A DNA stretch of 52,635 nt from Phoronis australis (lineage: Eukaryota > Animalia > Phoronida), in contig NMRA01001082.1 in assembly GCA_002633005.1 (NCBI GenBank), positions 6,134 to 58,768 of the forward strand. The letters are read 5' to 3'. This document shows positions 1 through 13,600 of the stretch, piece after piece. Numbering within the stretch: the first letter of the stretch is position 1; each line of letters starts with the position of its first letter. Below the pieces are notes generated by a model, which worked only from the letters and a program-made list of their open reading frames with translations, was not told the DNA's origin and did not search any database. The position numbers and the translations under genes are program-made.

Positions 1-1040
1 TTTTTTTGTTGAGAAAACGCATTTTTACAAAAGAGAATCGGTTGTCTGTAACGTTTCATGTGCGTCAACAACGCAAACCAGACCCACTCATTGAAAAGCC
101 CATATTTGTCACCAGGAAGACTCTTCACAACGCAGCCCGATATTTCAAGTGAGATAGCGCAGTTTTGAAAAGATTCCGTCTCTTGCCGAGAACGGTTTTT
201 GAGCATCGGCAATGCAAGCCGAATATTTCATATTGAGAAACACATCTTTGAAAAGAAGAACCAACACTAGTTGGAAACGGTCTTTGTGCGTCGACGGCGC
301 ACATTTCTAATTGGGAAAGGCAGATTTTCAAAAATTAATCGCTCAGACCATTTGAGTCTCATTTACCTGCAATTGTACTGCTATCAAATGACCGAGCCAG
401 CAATGTTGATACTACGACCGCTCATCGAAATAATGTACACCCACGAAATTCGGACACTATCGGAAACCCAGATTTAGAGGTGCGCCAAATTCGGACACCA
501 CAAAATGATATTTCGCGAGATTCGTCCAAGAATGAATTTTTTCTATTGGAATTAATTTTCAGTGTCCGAAAATCACGCGACTTTACCGTAAGCCCACCTA
601 TTGAAAAACTCTGGACTCGGGTCACTAATAGTATAACCGGTCCAAACTCGAATTTACAGACGATTTCTAGAATTGGAAACAACAGGCAGTAGGTTATTGC
701 CCTACACAGCCAGTGTTCATTATACACTGTCTACCAAACACTAGGGACCAGTGGTTCACTGGTCCACTTCAATTTCTGTTCAGAATATATTACACTAAAT
801 GATACACAATGTATCCTTGGCTGGTTGAAAAAAATTAGCCAAATCCTCTGGAATTTTCATGCTTTAAACCAAGAAACAAAATGGATGATTCACATTTCTT
901 TAGTTGAAAATTTGACCATGTCCAATGCAACGGTCCTATGAACTTAATATGCGTCGTTTTAGTTTGGTAGACACTGTACAATGAATTTGCAAAAATGCAA
1001 CTGTGGATAAACAATGCATTATGATCAGTGTGAATACGTT

Positions 1041-1255
1041 CCATCCAGTCTAGTCATGTTGAAACGGTCCATCCAGTCTACTCATATTGAAACGGTCCAT
1101 CCATTCTAGTCATATTGAAACGGTTCATCCAGTCTAGTCATATTGAAACGGTCCATCCAGTCTAGTCATATTGAAACGGTCCATCCAGTCTAGTCATATT
1201 GAAACGCTTCATCCAGTCTAGTCATATTGAAACGTTCTATCCAGTCTAGTCGTAT
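1041..1255. repeat. 28-bp minisatellite, ~7.5 copies
   Basis: CCATCCAGTCTAGTCATATTGAAACGGT unit. Confidence 0.95.
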
Positions 1256-1365
1256 TGTTGTGTCCAAGTCTCAAAGAATAACAAACTGCCAAATATCAAT
1301 TCTTACGTTGTTCAAGTCTGCTGTGTGGTTTTAATTTTTGACAACTGGCTTTAAAAAATTTAGAA

Positions 1366-1470
1366 CATACAAGTGTCATACAAGGGTCATACAAGGGTCA
1401 TACAAGGGTCATACAAGGGTCATTCAAGGGTCATACAAGGGTCATACAAGGGTCATACAAGGGTCATACA
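1366..1470. repeat. 11-bp minisatellite, ~9 copies
   Basis: CATACAAGGGT unit. Confidence 0.95.
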
Positions 1471-1561
1471 TGAACAGTAAATCACTGCGTGGCCCAACAA
1501 ATTTGAGAAGGTAACCTCATCTGCATATTATGTCTCTGGAAATTAAGAATTCACTCGTTAC

Positions 1562-1694
1562 CTTGGTAACGGCACCACTGAGCAGTTGGAAGACCACGAC
1601 TCTGTACTCTGCTATGCCTGACTCAGCATCAACATATTCCCAGCTGAGTAGAAGTCGATCATCATACTTCTGATAGCTGGAAGCATAATTCAGT
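1562..1694 (-). CDS. Exon (LNYASSYQKYDDRLLLSWEYVDAESGIAEYRV...VTK); the gene continues beyond the window start
   Basis: gttag/gtaacg; phase 2-0; W...D.ESGI..Y motif; no stop codon reached. Confidence 0.88.
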
Positions 1695-4600
1695 CTAACT
1701 GCATTCATTCATTAGATCAGAAACACAAAGTAATGCTGGACCTGGTCCATTAGTTTTTTGAAAATGGAGTCAGTGATGCAACATTCTTTGAGTTGCTCAT
1801 TTTTCGAAAATGAACTGAGCAAAAATGATGATCAATAATTTGCTTTTTACTCACCGCAAACTATGCCGCCTAAAATCTTGCTTCGAAATATTCAGCATTT
1901 GGAATCCTGCGCTATAGTTTGCACACAAAGGTTTGAAACGCAATAAACACATGGTTTTGATTACCTGCCTCCGGGGTTGTCAGTGTCAGTGATGCTCACG
2001 AGATTGGGTGGGGTCAAGTCAATGACGTAACCATTGGAGACTGCAGTAGAGGTTGCCATGGCGCCGTTTTCAGCAGCCACTCGAACACTGACCTTATCGG
2101 CGTGTTTCAAGGCAAAATGATGCTGTTCAAATTGTCTGTCTGTTCCAGGTCTGTCCGAAAAGGTCTCAAGCACTTGGTTGTTAACGAGGACATCAATGTC
2201 AAACTTGGTGATGTTGGACTCTGGGTCAGCGAATCCTGTCAAGGATTTACAAACTTCATCTCTTATAATGCTGAGGTAAATATCATAGAATACTGACCTC
2301 AGTATCTAAGAAAGACTAATGCTGAATTTAGTACCATACGATGTTGAAGGCAGTACATGAAAACAATGTGTACAATATCTCATAGTGCAAGCTCAACAAT
2401 CAAAAATCCTGAGCTAACTGTGTGTTGGAATAAGTAATTGGCACAACTACACAATTGTTTAATGCAGCAGTATAACGCTACCTTTGAGTAGTGCTTTCTT
2501 TTCTTAACTCTTGTTGTACATTCAATTTTTCTTAATAAACAATAAAGAAATTTTAATATTATGAATCAAAAGTGTAATTTCGTCACCTTAGTACGATAAG
2601 CTCCTGAATGTAATTTGTTGTCTGATTATAATGTCATCTGGGTACAATCTCCTAGGTCGTCTATTACTAGAACGCTTTGCTGATGAACTACCAAGTTGGT
2701 CCAAGTACTTCACTTTTTCTTTCATGACAATGTTGAGTTCTAAATATCATACTTTCATAATATTCAACCTTGATACTACTCCTTTAAGCAAAATAAGATA
2801 TCTCATTTAACAAACCATCCCACTGCGCCATTATAGCAGCAACATCATTATTGAACATGATATCGTCCAGTCCGTCCCTCCCATCTGTCACGGTGCCCTT
2901 GGTGGGAGGAGTTAGGTCAACTCTGACTGAAAGCATGACAGGACCAGTGATAAGTGGCAGCATAATTACGCTTACACTGTTTAGCATACAATGTTTTGGA
3001 AACATGGCATTTTCTTGGATTTATCAAACAAAACTTACAAAGCCCTCCCTTTCAATCTGCACAATTTGTACTGTACAACTGTTACAAAACAAGGTTAGAA
3101 TGAGGTAAAATTTACAATTTACCGCAGCACGTAAACCAGCCTTTAAAGAGTGAGGTAGAAAATGACCAGTTTGGCAATTAGTTTGGGGCAAATTAACTTT
3201 GCACTTTTGCGTTAATATCCTTTCTTCTAACTCACCTCCGTCGGAGCTGCCACTGACATACTTAGGTATGAGACCTCTGTTGGAGGCTGTTACCATGGTG
3301 TAATACATGGAATTATGGGTAAGACTCAACCCCTTGTGACAATAGGTCTTCTGTCGGTAGCCAAGCACGATGTCAGTGTCATTGGTGAGATCATAGCCAC
3401 CAGGAGTACTACCCATTCGTAAATAATATCTGAAATAATTTTAATCCAAGTTTCAATGATTGCTAAAACAGGTATAAATTCTACACTTCGAGAAATTCTC
3501 TAACATTTGGTACACCTAAATTCAGTACAAAATAGAATTTTCTTTGTTAACAAAAAATGGCACATTTACATCGGATTTTGATATTCGCCATTATTTTTTT
3601 AACATTGTGTTTTGTATTAAAAGTAACTGAATGAAGTCTTGAAGGTATTTCATAAAAAAAACGCCAAAACAACTTATATTGCGTAATGATGAGTTGTCAT
3701 CAATCGTAATTTTTTTTATTTGCCTACATCCAAAATTAGGAACAAACTGTAACTATGAAAAGTTTTAACCGTTACAACTACAGTAGTTTATTAAGGTTTA
3801 GAACTATGATGGACTTTATAATATCGCAATTCATTAAAGCTTACAACTAAGATGGATTTTAAATAAAAAGTTCTGATAGTATAACACTTCAAATCAGAAA
3901 CTTCCAAGTCACAAGTTATAAAATCTTAGTAGACAAGGGTGAATGATTTAACAACCACTGGCATAACAATCTCATTCACAAAAAGAAACGTGAACAAAAA
4001 CAAAAAGGTCAAGAGTTCATCCCCATAAAGAAGGAATTTCGAAGTATATTTCGACAGCAGTGCCTCTCTGGTGCAAAGTTAAAAACGATATGACAAGCAT
4101 TGTTGGGTAGCTTCTTTCTACAATTCTCATATTGTCTAAAAATACTCCTTGCGTTCAAACCGTATCTGTGCAGTAGCTCCCTGAGCGACAATGATAAAAG
4201 AGTAAACTATAGAAACATTGTTTTTAAAATCATATCAGACCACAGTACTTCGAATGTATACTACGTACATTCATCGAAGCTAAGACAAAAAATGAGTAGT
4301 GAGACATCATAGTAAAGGCGATGAGATAACAAACTATTCACAGCATAGTAAGGTACTTGGCATAGAAATATCAGGAATGCAGAAAGAAGTTATCCAACAA
4401 TGAAATGTCTATCGTTTTTAACAAACTATGCACCAAAGAAGGAAGGGTGCACTTCTCTGACATGCAATGTTTAAATGAGAAATCGAGAATGGTCCTTAAG
4501 TTTAGGAAACCAGTCAAACTGGTTATGATAACATCACTTTCAACACTGAGACGTCCTACAATGAAGTCACAGTGGTCAAGTTTTGGAAGTCAGTTCTCCG

Positions 4601-7600
4601 GATCTTTCAAAAGCATTTTTTACTCATTAATACTTTTATTAGAAATTCTTTACAACAGTGAAACGTGGCATTTTGACACTAAATTTGTACTAGAAGTGTA
4701 AGTGGTCAAGTTTTGATTCTGATTTTCAGACTCTAATACGAGAAAAGACATGCAGAGCTAAATAATCCTTGTGTTCACCAAAAAATTATATTTGTAAACA
4801 TGGAGTAAACTTACTTTAGGATGCCCGAGTGGGGATCAAAGAAATTTTGCCAGTGTGCACATAGCTGGGTGTTGTCACTGGTGAACTGTAGGTCACGTTT
4901 GTGGTTTAGTCCATCGTAGACGTCTCCAGCGATGGGTGGGGACTTGTCGACGAGGAGAGGAGATTCACCATGCCCGGCCACAAACAATTCAACTTTAAAA
5001 CATATTGAAGTGAAAGGTACAGTTTTGTGACTCTTCAGTAAGTTTGCTTAGTGCGCAAAACTTTTATGAAATGGAAGATTTTTGCACAGATTCGTCCTTA
5101 ACTTATAAATATAAGACATTCAAGAAACTGAATTTCCCTCTTTTTTGAAAAAAATAGCTATAAATCAATTTTGATGGCTAAAAGCAAGTAACCCTTTCAC
5201 ATTCACAGTAACATGGAATTACTTGACATGTTAAGTCATTGGTTATCATCAATTTTGATGGCTAAAAGCAAGTAACCCTTTCACATTCACAGTAACATGG
5301 AATTACTCGACATGTTAAGTCATTGGTTATCATCAATTTTGGCAGCTAAAAGCAAGTAACCCTTTCACATTCACAGTAACATGGAATTACTTGACATGTT
5401 AAGTCATTGGTTATCATCAATTTTGATGGCTAAAAGCAAGTAACCCTTTCACTTCACAGTAACATGGAATTACTTGACAACCCTTTCACTTCACAGCAAC
5501 ATGGAATTACTTGACAACCCTTTCACATTCACAGCAACATGGAATTACTTGACAACCCTTTCACATTCACAGTAACATGGAATTACTTGACAACCCTTTC
5601 ACATTCACAGTAACATGGAATTACTTGACAACCCTTTCACATTCACAGTAACATGGAATTACTTGACATGTTAACTCATTGGTTACCATCAACATTACAA
5701 CCAATTAACTTTCTGCAGTTTCAAAAAATTGAATCACAACACAGAGCCCCAAAACGCTGAAAAGCCATCCACCAAATATGAATGCTTTACCATTGTTGAG
5801 AACCTGCATGCGGATCCAGGCTGGTTCACCCTCGGGCATCACAATCTCATCCATGGTCAGTTGTAGGAAGGTCAACACATCAGGGTTGTCTGTGCTGACA
5901 TCTTCGTATGGTCTCAACTTCACATCGTACTTTGAACGTCCCAGGCCAAACTCAACCAGACTGAGACCTGTTAAGACACCATGATAAACTAAGAATAATT
6001 CTCCTATTTAACAACGATTTTCTAGGCAGCATTAAAGTGGAAATTAATAAGACATATTATAAATTTAACAGTTGCGTGTCTGACTTCGAAAAAATTCATC
6101 GACAATATTCGCAAATGTTTCGTTCTTAAAAATACATTGAGGGCAGGCCTCAATTGTTGAGCAAACAAACAGAAAATTCTAAGCATTATAAAGATCAATA
6201 ATGATCAATGATTCCTTTACCAGATAGACTGTCATAGGCAGTGAAGTCGACTATCAGGACATTCATCTGTTCGCTGTAGATGAAATTTTCAACATTGTCG
6301 AAGACGGGAGGAGTGATATCAATGGTCAAAGGTCGACTGTGACAGACAGTCGTCACCAGAGAACCACCGAAGATGACATTATTGAGACCCTGGAATAAGA
6401 CATTTTAGCAATTATAGTCCTCATTCACAAACTCACCACTGAACACCCCTTAACAAACTAATATCCTACAGGTGTATCAACCCTCACCAGTAATATTCAA
6501 AGAAAACAAGTTTGTAGCAGTACCTATGTTGCTACAGAATAATTATCTACTCTGACTAGTACGTCTCAGGGTGAAGTACCCCCGTTTGCCTTAATCGAAT
6601 GCTAAACACCACAAACTTGACTGGACCACACTATGAACATAAACAATTACAAACAACTTAAGATCATGTCAACAAAAATGCATTCAGCAGCCACAGTAGT
6701 CACTAAACAAAATAAGAAACGAGACAAAAGTGGCACTAGGAGGCGCCACAGTAGTTTAGACTAAAAATAAAAAAATTCATTCAGCAAGCATTAATAGCGT
6801 TTCAGCGGCCCCAAACGCACTTGAACAGTGAAGTAGTAGGGTCCCTCTGGCAGGGGCTTGTCTTTGAATGTGGCCAGCCCCTTGTGGTTCCAGTGTTCCT
6901 TAGAGGCCAGATGGGCGTGAGGGTCATCGAAGTCCGCGGTCTCGTTGCCACAAACTGTCCGCCCAGCCTTCCAAGTGTAACCAAACATGCCACTGTCTTT
7001 GTCCTCATACTCATCCCAGTTGGCTGTAAAAGATCAGCTTAGTTTACAATACAAAAACAGTTACTAAGAGTTTGTAAACAGTAGGAAGGCATTTGGTAGT
7101 CTTAATTAAATAAATCTGGTTTGTGATCCAGCTACAGAAAATTCTTTCACACGCAGTTCTGATGCTGTATAATAAAATATGTCAATTTTTCAGATGTTAG
7201 AATAAAAACGTGCCAACATAATGTTTACAAAGACAATTCGCCAAATATTTTATTTTAAAATATCTGCAACAATTAACTAGCAAAACGATGTGAGACTTTT
7301 ACAACTTACCAAATGGAATTGGATTAAATTGTCTGACTACTCCAAACTAGAATTCTCTTATAAACCTCTTGTTGTATGACAGCTTTAATTGAATACAGAC
7401 TGCTGCAACCACTTTAACTGTGATCTGGCAGCATGGAAATAACTGAATTAGACCTCCCAACTGTGTCCTCACTTTTCAACTACAGCATGCAAATGAATAG
7501 TTCAGTATTGAAGACAAATTAACATTGAGATAACTTGTAGTTCAGTATTGAAGACACATTACCATTGAGATAACTTGTAGTTCAGTATTGAAGACACATT

Positions 7601-10600
7601 AACATTGAGATAACTTGTAGTTCAGCATTGAAGACACATTACCATTGAGATAACTTGTAGTTCAGTATTGAAGACACATTACCATTGAGATAACTTGTAG
7701 TTCTGTATTGAAGACACATTAACATTGAGATAACTTGTAGTTCAGTATTGAAGACACATTACCATTGAGATAACTTGTAGTTCAGTACTGAAGACACATT
7801 ACCATTGAGATAACTTGTAGCCAGTTGATACAGCTTCTCTTCTAGTGGCTTCTGACCATTGAACACGGCTTTGTCTTTGGGACCATCAATGATGTATCTG
7901 TGATTGGGCTGATCCGTGACTTCATGACATCGTTGGGTGATGGCTGCCTCACACAAATGAGCAAATACGTCGTCAGACTTTGGACTAACTATATTGGCCG
8001 GGTCAGGTGGAGTGAAATCTATTATAGTGCAGCGACCTGGTCCTGGATTTATAAAATTCTGAAACATACAAATCCCAAAAATCAGGCTTAACCTTCCCCA
8101 CAGGAGAGCAATGATGGATCACATCGGATACACTTTTTGTGTTGGCCTCTGCAGCTCCCTGAAGATACCACCCTATGATGTCACTGACCAGACTAACAGT
8201 GAGAGAAAGCACCAGCTACCAGGTGGCGCCACTTATAGCCTAGCATTAGCGTCCCACATGAAGACCGAGAATGTATAGTCTGTTGTTTTCACAAACAATA
8301 AAGTGATCACAGAAGTAGCCTCTAGTACAGTTCAGAGGTTATGCGTGGAGGGTGTCGAGGGGGAGGAGGAGCTGTAGGTGATGACTATGCAAGTGAAATG
8401 GGTGATAACCATAATGGACAAAAACCTGTTGAAAAAACTGTTCTCAAATACTCCAATATGAAAACTCCAGTTTCAACCCTTCATTTTTTGTTGTGTCTTA
8501 AGTTATCACCGAAATCAAACAGATAATAAAATTTACAAATAAACTTTCCATTGAGAGAAATGAAAATCTTAATGCAGTACAAAATGAAAATTACCAACGA
8601 AAGAACAAAATAAATGTCCACCCAGAAGGTATCATATACTAATACTTTCTCAATATTAGCTCACCCTGTATCCCAGTGAGTTTGTTATATCCACGTTGAT
8701 GCAGTACTGAGAACTGTGCACTGTCTCAACATTGTATCTGAACACCTTAGCATAGCCCAGGTTGAGGCGCTCATAGTACAACCAGCCGGCACTCTGTTTC
8801 AGATAAACCTATAAAGAATTAGGTAGGTTACTAACAGGTCGTGCAGCTGTAGACCTGAGAATAAAATAACGTGAAGCAATATTGTCTGCAGTAAAACCCT
8901 CAGATAAACTTACTGTAACTCTTATTTACCAAAAGTCATTCTGATATCACGCTGATCTGTTGCCATTCAATAGCTTCCAAGGACAACTTAAGAATTCTTC
9001 ATAACATTCTGCAGCAGGAAAAATGAGAAACTTTCACCATTAACATTGACATTTTTTCATCAACATACAAGCAACGAGTTATTAAGACATCGTCCAGTTT
9101 GACTCGCTGGTAGCCAAACAGGACCGGAACAAAAATGCAGGCTTCAGAGAAATTCAGTCAGTCATCTCACATTTACTCTCCGAGCAGCCATCACGATTAG
9201 CGCCAGTTTGGTTAAGGTCTTCCTCGTGCAGACGGTCTCATCGAGGTAACATGGTCGCAATCACACACCTATAAGGGCTATATTGATTGGGAAGTGACAT
9301 TCATGGGTATTTCAACGCAAAATACATAACAACTACAAAGAATCGAGTAACAGAAACCATGAAATCACTTACGCCATTGGTTGGATTCCATATGACTGAC
9401 TGCAGTAGACACGCCTTGTTGACTACGTCATACTCCATTGAGATACACTTGCGCCCATAGTTCAGACACTTCTTGGCACATGCTGCCGGAGACTTCTCCA
9501 CTGACTCAGCTATAGGCTGTGTGTTGGACAAATGGCCGTCCTTTGGTGGGGTGAACTTCTGCATGTCACCTGTCTGAAATGAAACACGCCGTCGTGAGCA
9601 CCTGACAATCAGTCGGTGGAAGTTTTATAATTGCAAAATCTACCTGAAAGAAGACTTTCACAAACAGCAGGTCACAATAATCTTATGAGTAAATTTATAT
9701 TTGGAGCTCCCTATTTAAAGCCTAAGTGGAAGCAATAAAATTCAAAACAATCCCGGCAAAACACAGTAGCATGATCATCGACAAGTCGGAACTTGCTACA
9801 GAGAATGTCCCACTTATTATCATAACTTATGTTGAAAAAGGGTATGACAATGGGGGACCACTGTACATAGAAAAGAATCGAGGCACTATCAAACAATAAT
9901 AAATAAAGGAATAAGTTATGGTTCCCAAAAAGTCTGAAACACTGGCAATCAAATGTCAATGCCTTCCAAAAAATTGTGGAAAATCTAAATTCATTTGTGT
10001 GAAAACTTGTAAAACCTTAATCTATTACCAATACAAACAATGCAAAACCAATCTGTAAAAACAAGGATTTCACAATTTTAACAACACACACCTCCAGAAT
10101 GTTGAGGGTAGGAGTGTTGAAACTGAACGGGGCCCATTTCAAGTAACTGTCACCATTCTGTGCCCCAGGAGAGTTACCAAGGCCATGCGCTAGGCTTTCA
10201 ACTTTGATAGGACTGTCCTCGAAAGCAATCACAGAGCCTCTGTAAAAGAGAGCGTGACATTTTCACATCAATGTGCCCTGTGCATACATGAATCCCACAG
10301 TCTGACGTGTAATAAAGAGAGTTTGACATTTTCACATCACTGTACATACTTCAATCATTAATAACTCTCCAGTACATCTATTTTGTTGGACTACACATTT
10401 AGAGTTTTTGACACAATATCTGGCTGATAGTATTCATTCATTCATGGACTAACGTTAGTTGTAACCATATTTAATAAACGGATTTAAAAATTATCGGCTC
10501 TGCATCTCACAATAGATGAGGGTTTTAAATGAGTTCAGTTTCAAACAAATGTCTGTTACAGATTTCTTCACGTATTTAGTGCACAATATGGCCCACACAT

Positions 10601-13600
10601 GGAAATGCATTTTGTCATATTTCTCAAAAAGATGAGACTTAGGAAAGTTCTATTAAATTAAACATAGTTTTGTCCTGTATAATTACGCATAACATTACTT
10701 GGTCAAACTTTCATCATCTCTAACGTTACCATCAGTCTTTCAAAAATCAAAACATGACCACTTTTGCAATAAATTTTGTATGAAATACGTGAAGAATTAC
10801 TGACTGCTTTATGGTAAAAAATGACACTTTTTGTTGATATGCCACGAAAAAGGCAGACTGTAAAGAATTGTCAGAACATAAGATGAAGCTTGGTTAAAAG
10901 CTGACAACATGCAAGACTCTATTCCCAACTCCACTTGAAATCAAATGAGGTCCCAAAGCAGGTGAAGGCCTGCAAATGAAGTTCGGATAGTAAGAAAACA
11001 ACAATTACAAATTTTAAAGCAATATAAAGTACCGAAATGCATTCAAGAGGCACCACAAACTGGGTGTTTATATATTACCATAAAAATGACCACTAAGTAG
11101 TACAGAATACAGATCAAAACCATCTGAAAATAAGAAAGCCTAATCCTCTGTCTAAGAGAAAGTTAACCAATTTGTCTAATTCCATGAACATCCATCATAA
11201 CTGTCAGAACGTAAATTGAATTTCGCTTTGAAGCTGGCAACATGCAAAACTCCCAACTCCTATCTGTCGAGCCAGGTCCCGAGGCAGGTGAAGGCGTGCG
11301 ACAGAGCTTTGCATCACCGTGTGGTTAAAGAAAACCTGCCAAAACTTCAAGAGAAAGAGCAACACAACAACTTGAAAGAGTCCACAAATGCACCACAAAC
11401 CAGGTGTTTATTAACATCATATAACTGGCCACTAGGTGGAGCACAGTATTTCAAAACCATTTGAAAGTAGGACAGCCTGGTCATCTCCCAAATAGAATCG
11501 CATTTGTCAAAATTTCATAAAAAATTATCCAGGAACTGCTGAGCAAGAGGAAAATGGACAAAAATAAAATTGCCACTATCAGCTACAATCATGCTAATTG
11601 TCCAGAAGAAGTATGTTGCTTTCTCAGTGCTGCCACGTTTACAGGAATACACTTGTCAAATTCTACAAAGTTAACGCAATGCAAAGGGTTTAGGAAATAC
11701 AGCACCGTGGATGCAAAAATAACAACTTTTCCTCTGAGGGTGAACAGTACTCGTACCTGTCTCCGCACAACATTTTAATTATAGGTACATGTAACCTTAA
11801 AGAGGCATTATGTAATGTGCTACTAATCGTCTACACTTCACTATTATCAAATTCCAATTGAACTTCGCACAAAAACATCATGTCAGTTCCAAAACAAGGC
11901 TGTTTAAAGTCTCAAGAATAAAACTTTGAAANGTGGTGTGAACTTCTGCATGTCACCCGTCTGAAATGAAACATGCCGTCGTGAGCACCTGACAATCAGT
12001 CGGTGGAAGTTTTATAATTGCAAAATCTACCTGAAAGAAGACTTTCACAAACAGCAGGTCACAATAATCTTATGAGTAAATTTATATTTGGAGCTCCCTA
12101 TTTAAAGCCCAAGTGGAAGCAATAAAATTCAAAACAATCCCGGCAAAACACAGTAGCATGATCGTCGACAAGTCAGAACTTGCTATAGAGAATGTCTCAC
12201 TTATTATCATAATTTATGTTGAAAAAAGGGTATGACAATGGGGGACCATTGTACATAGAAAAGAATCGAGGCACTATCAAACAATAATAAATAAAGGAAT
12301 AAGTTATGGTTCCCAAAAAGTCTGAAACACTGGCAATCAAATGTAAATGCCTTCCAAAAAATTGTGGAAAATCTAAATTCATTTGTGTGAAAACTTGTAA
12401 AACCTTAATCTATTACCAATACAAACAATGCAAAACCAATTTGTAAAAACAAGGATTTCACAATTTTAACAACACACACCTCCAGAGTGTTGAGGGTAGG
12501 AGTGTTGAAACTGAACGGGGCCCATTTCAAGTAACTGTCACCATTCTGTGCCCCAGGAGAGTTACCAAGGCCATGCGCTAGGCTTTCAACTTTGATAGGA
12601 CTGTCCTCGAAAGCAATCACAGAGCCTCTGTAAAAGAGAGCGTGACATCTTCACATCACTGTACATGCTTCAATTATTAATAAATCTCCAGTACATCTAT
12701 TTTGTTGGACTACACATTTAGAGTTTTTGACACAATATCTGGCTCATAGTATTCATTCGTGGATTAACGTTAGTTGTAACCATATTTAATAAGCATTTAA
12801 AAATTATCGGCTCTGCATCTCACAATAGATGAGGGTTTTAAATGAGTTCAGTTTCAAACAAATGTCTGTTACAGATTTCTTCACGTATTTAGTGCACAAT
12901 ATGGCCGACACATGGAAATGCATTTTGTCATATTTCTCAAAAAGATGAGACTTAGGAAATTTCTATTAAATTAAACATAGTTTGTCCTGTATAATTACGC
13001 ATAACATTACTTGGTCAAACTTTCATCATCTCTAACATTACCATCAGTCTTTGAAAAATGAAAACATGACCACTTTTGCAATAAATTTTGTATTACTGAC
13101 TGCTTTATGGTAAAAAATGACACTTTTTGTTGATATGCCACGAAAAAGGCAGACTGTAAAGAATTGTCAGAACATAAGATGAAGCTTGATTAAAAGCTGA
13201 CAACATGCAAGACTCTATTCCCAACTCCACTTGAAATCAAATGAGGTCCCAAAGCAGGTGATGGCCTGCAAATGAAGTTCAGATAGTAAGAAAACAATAA
13301 TTACAAATTTTAAAGCAATATAAGGGCAAGAGGCACCACAAACTGGGGGTTTATATATTACCATAAAAATGACCACTAAGTAGTACAGACTACAGATCAA
13401 AACCATCTGAAAATAAGAAAGCCTAATCCTCTGTCTAAGAGAAAGTTAACCAATTTGTCTAATTTCATGAACATCCATCATAACTGTCAGAACGTAAATT
13501 GAATTTCGCTTGGAAGTTGACAACATGCTAAACTCCCAACTCCTATCTGTCGAGCCAGGTCCCAAGGCAGGTGAAGGCGTGCGACAGAGCTTTGCACCAC

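Noticed and set aside
1-660. Degenerate repeated motifs (gagaaa.c.cat.tt...tgcgtc.ac..cgca; aaattcggacac)
   Set aside because: Probably old repeat or transposon debris, too decayed to define a unit or family.
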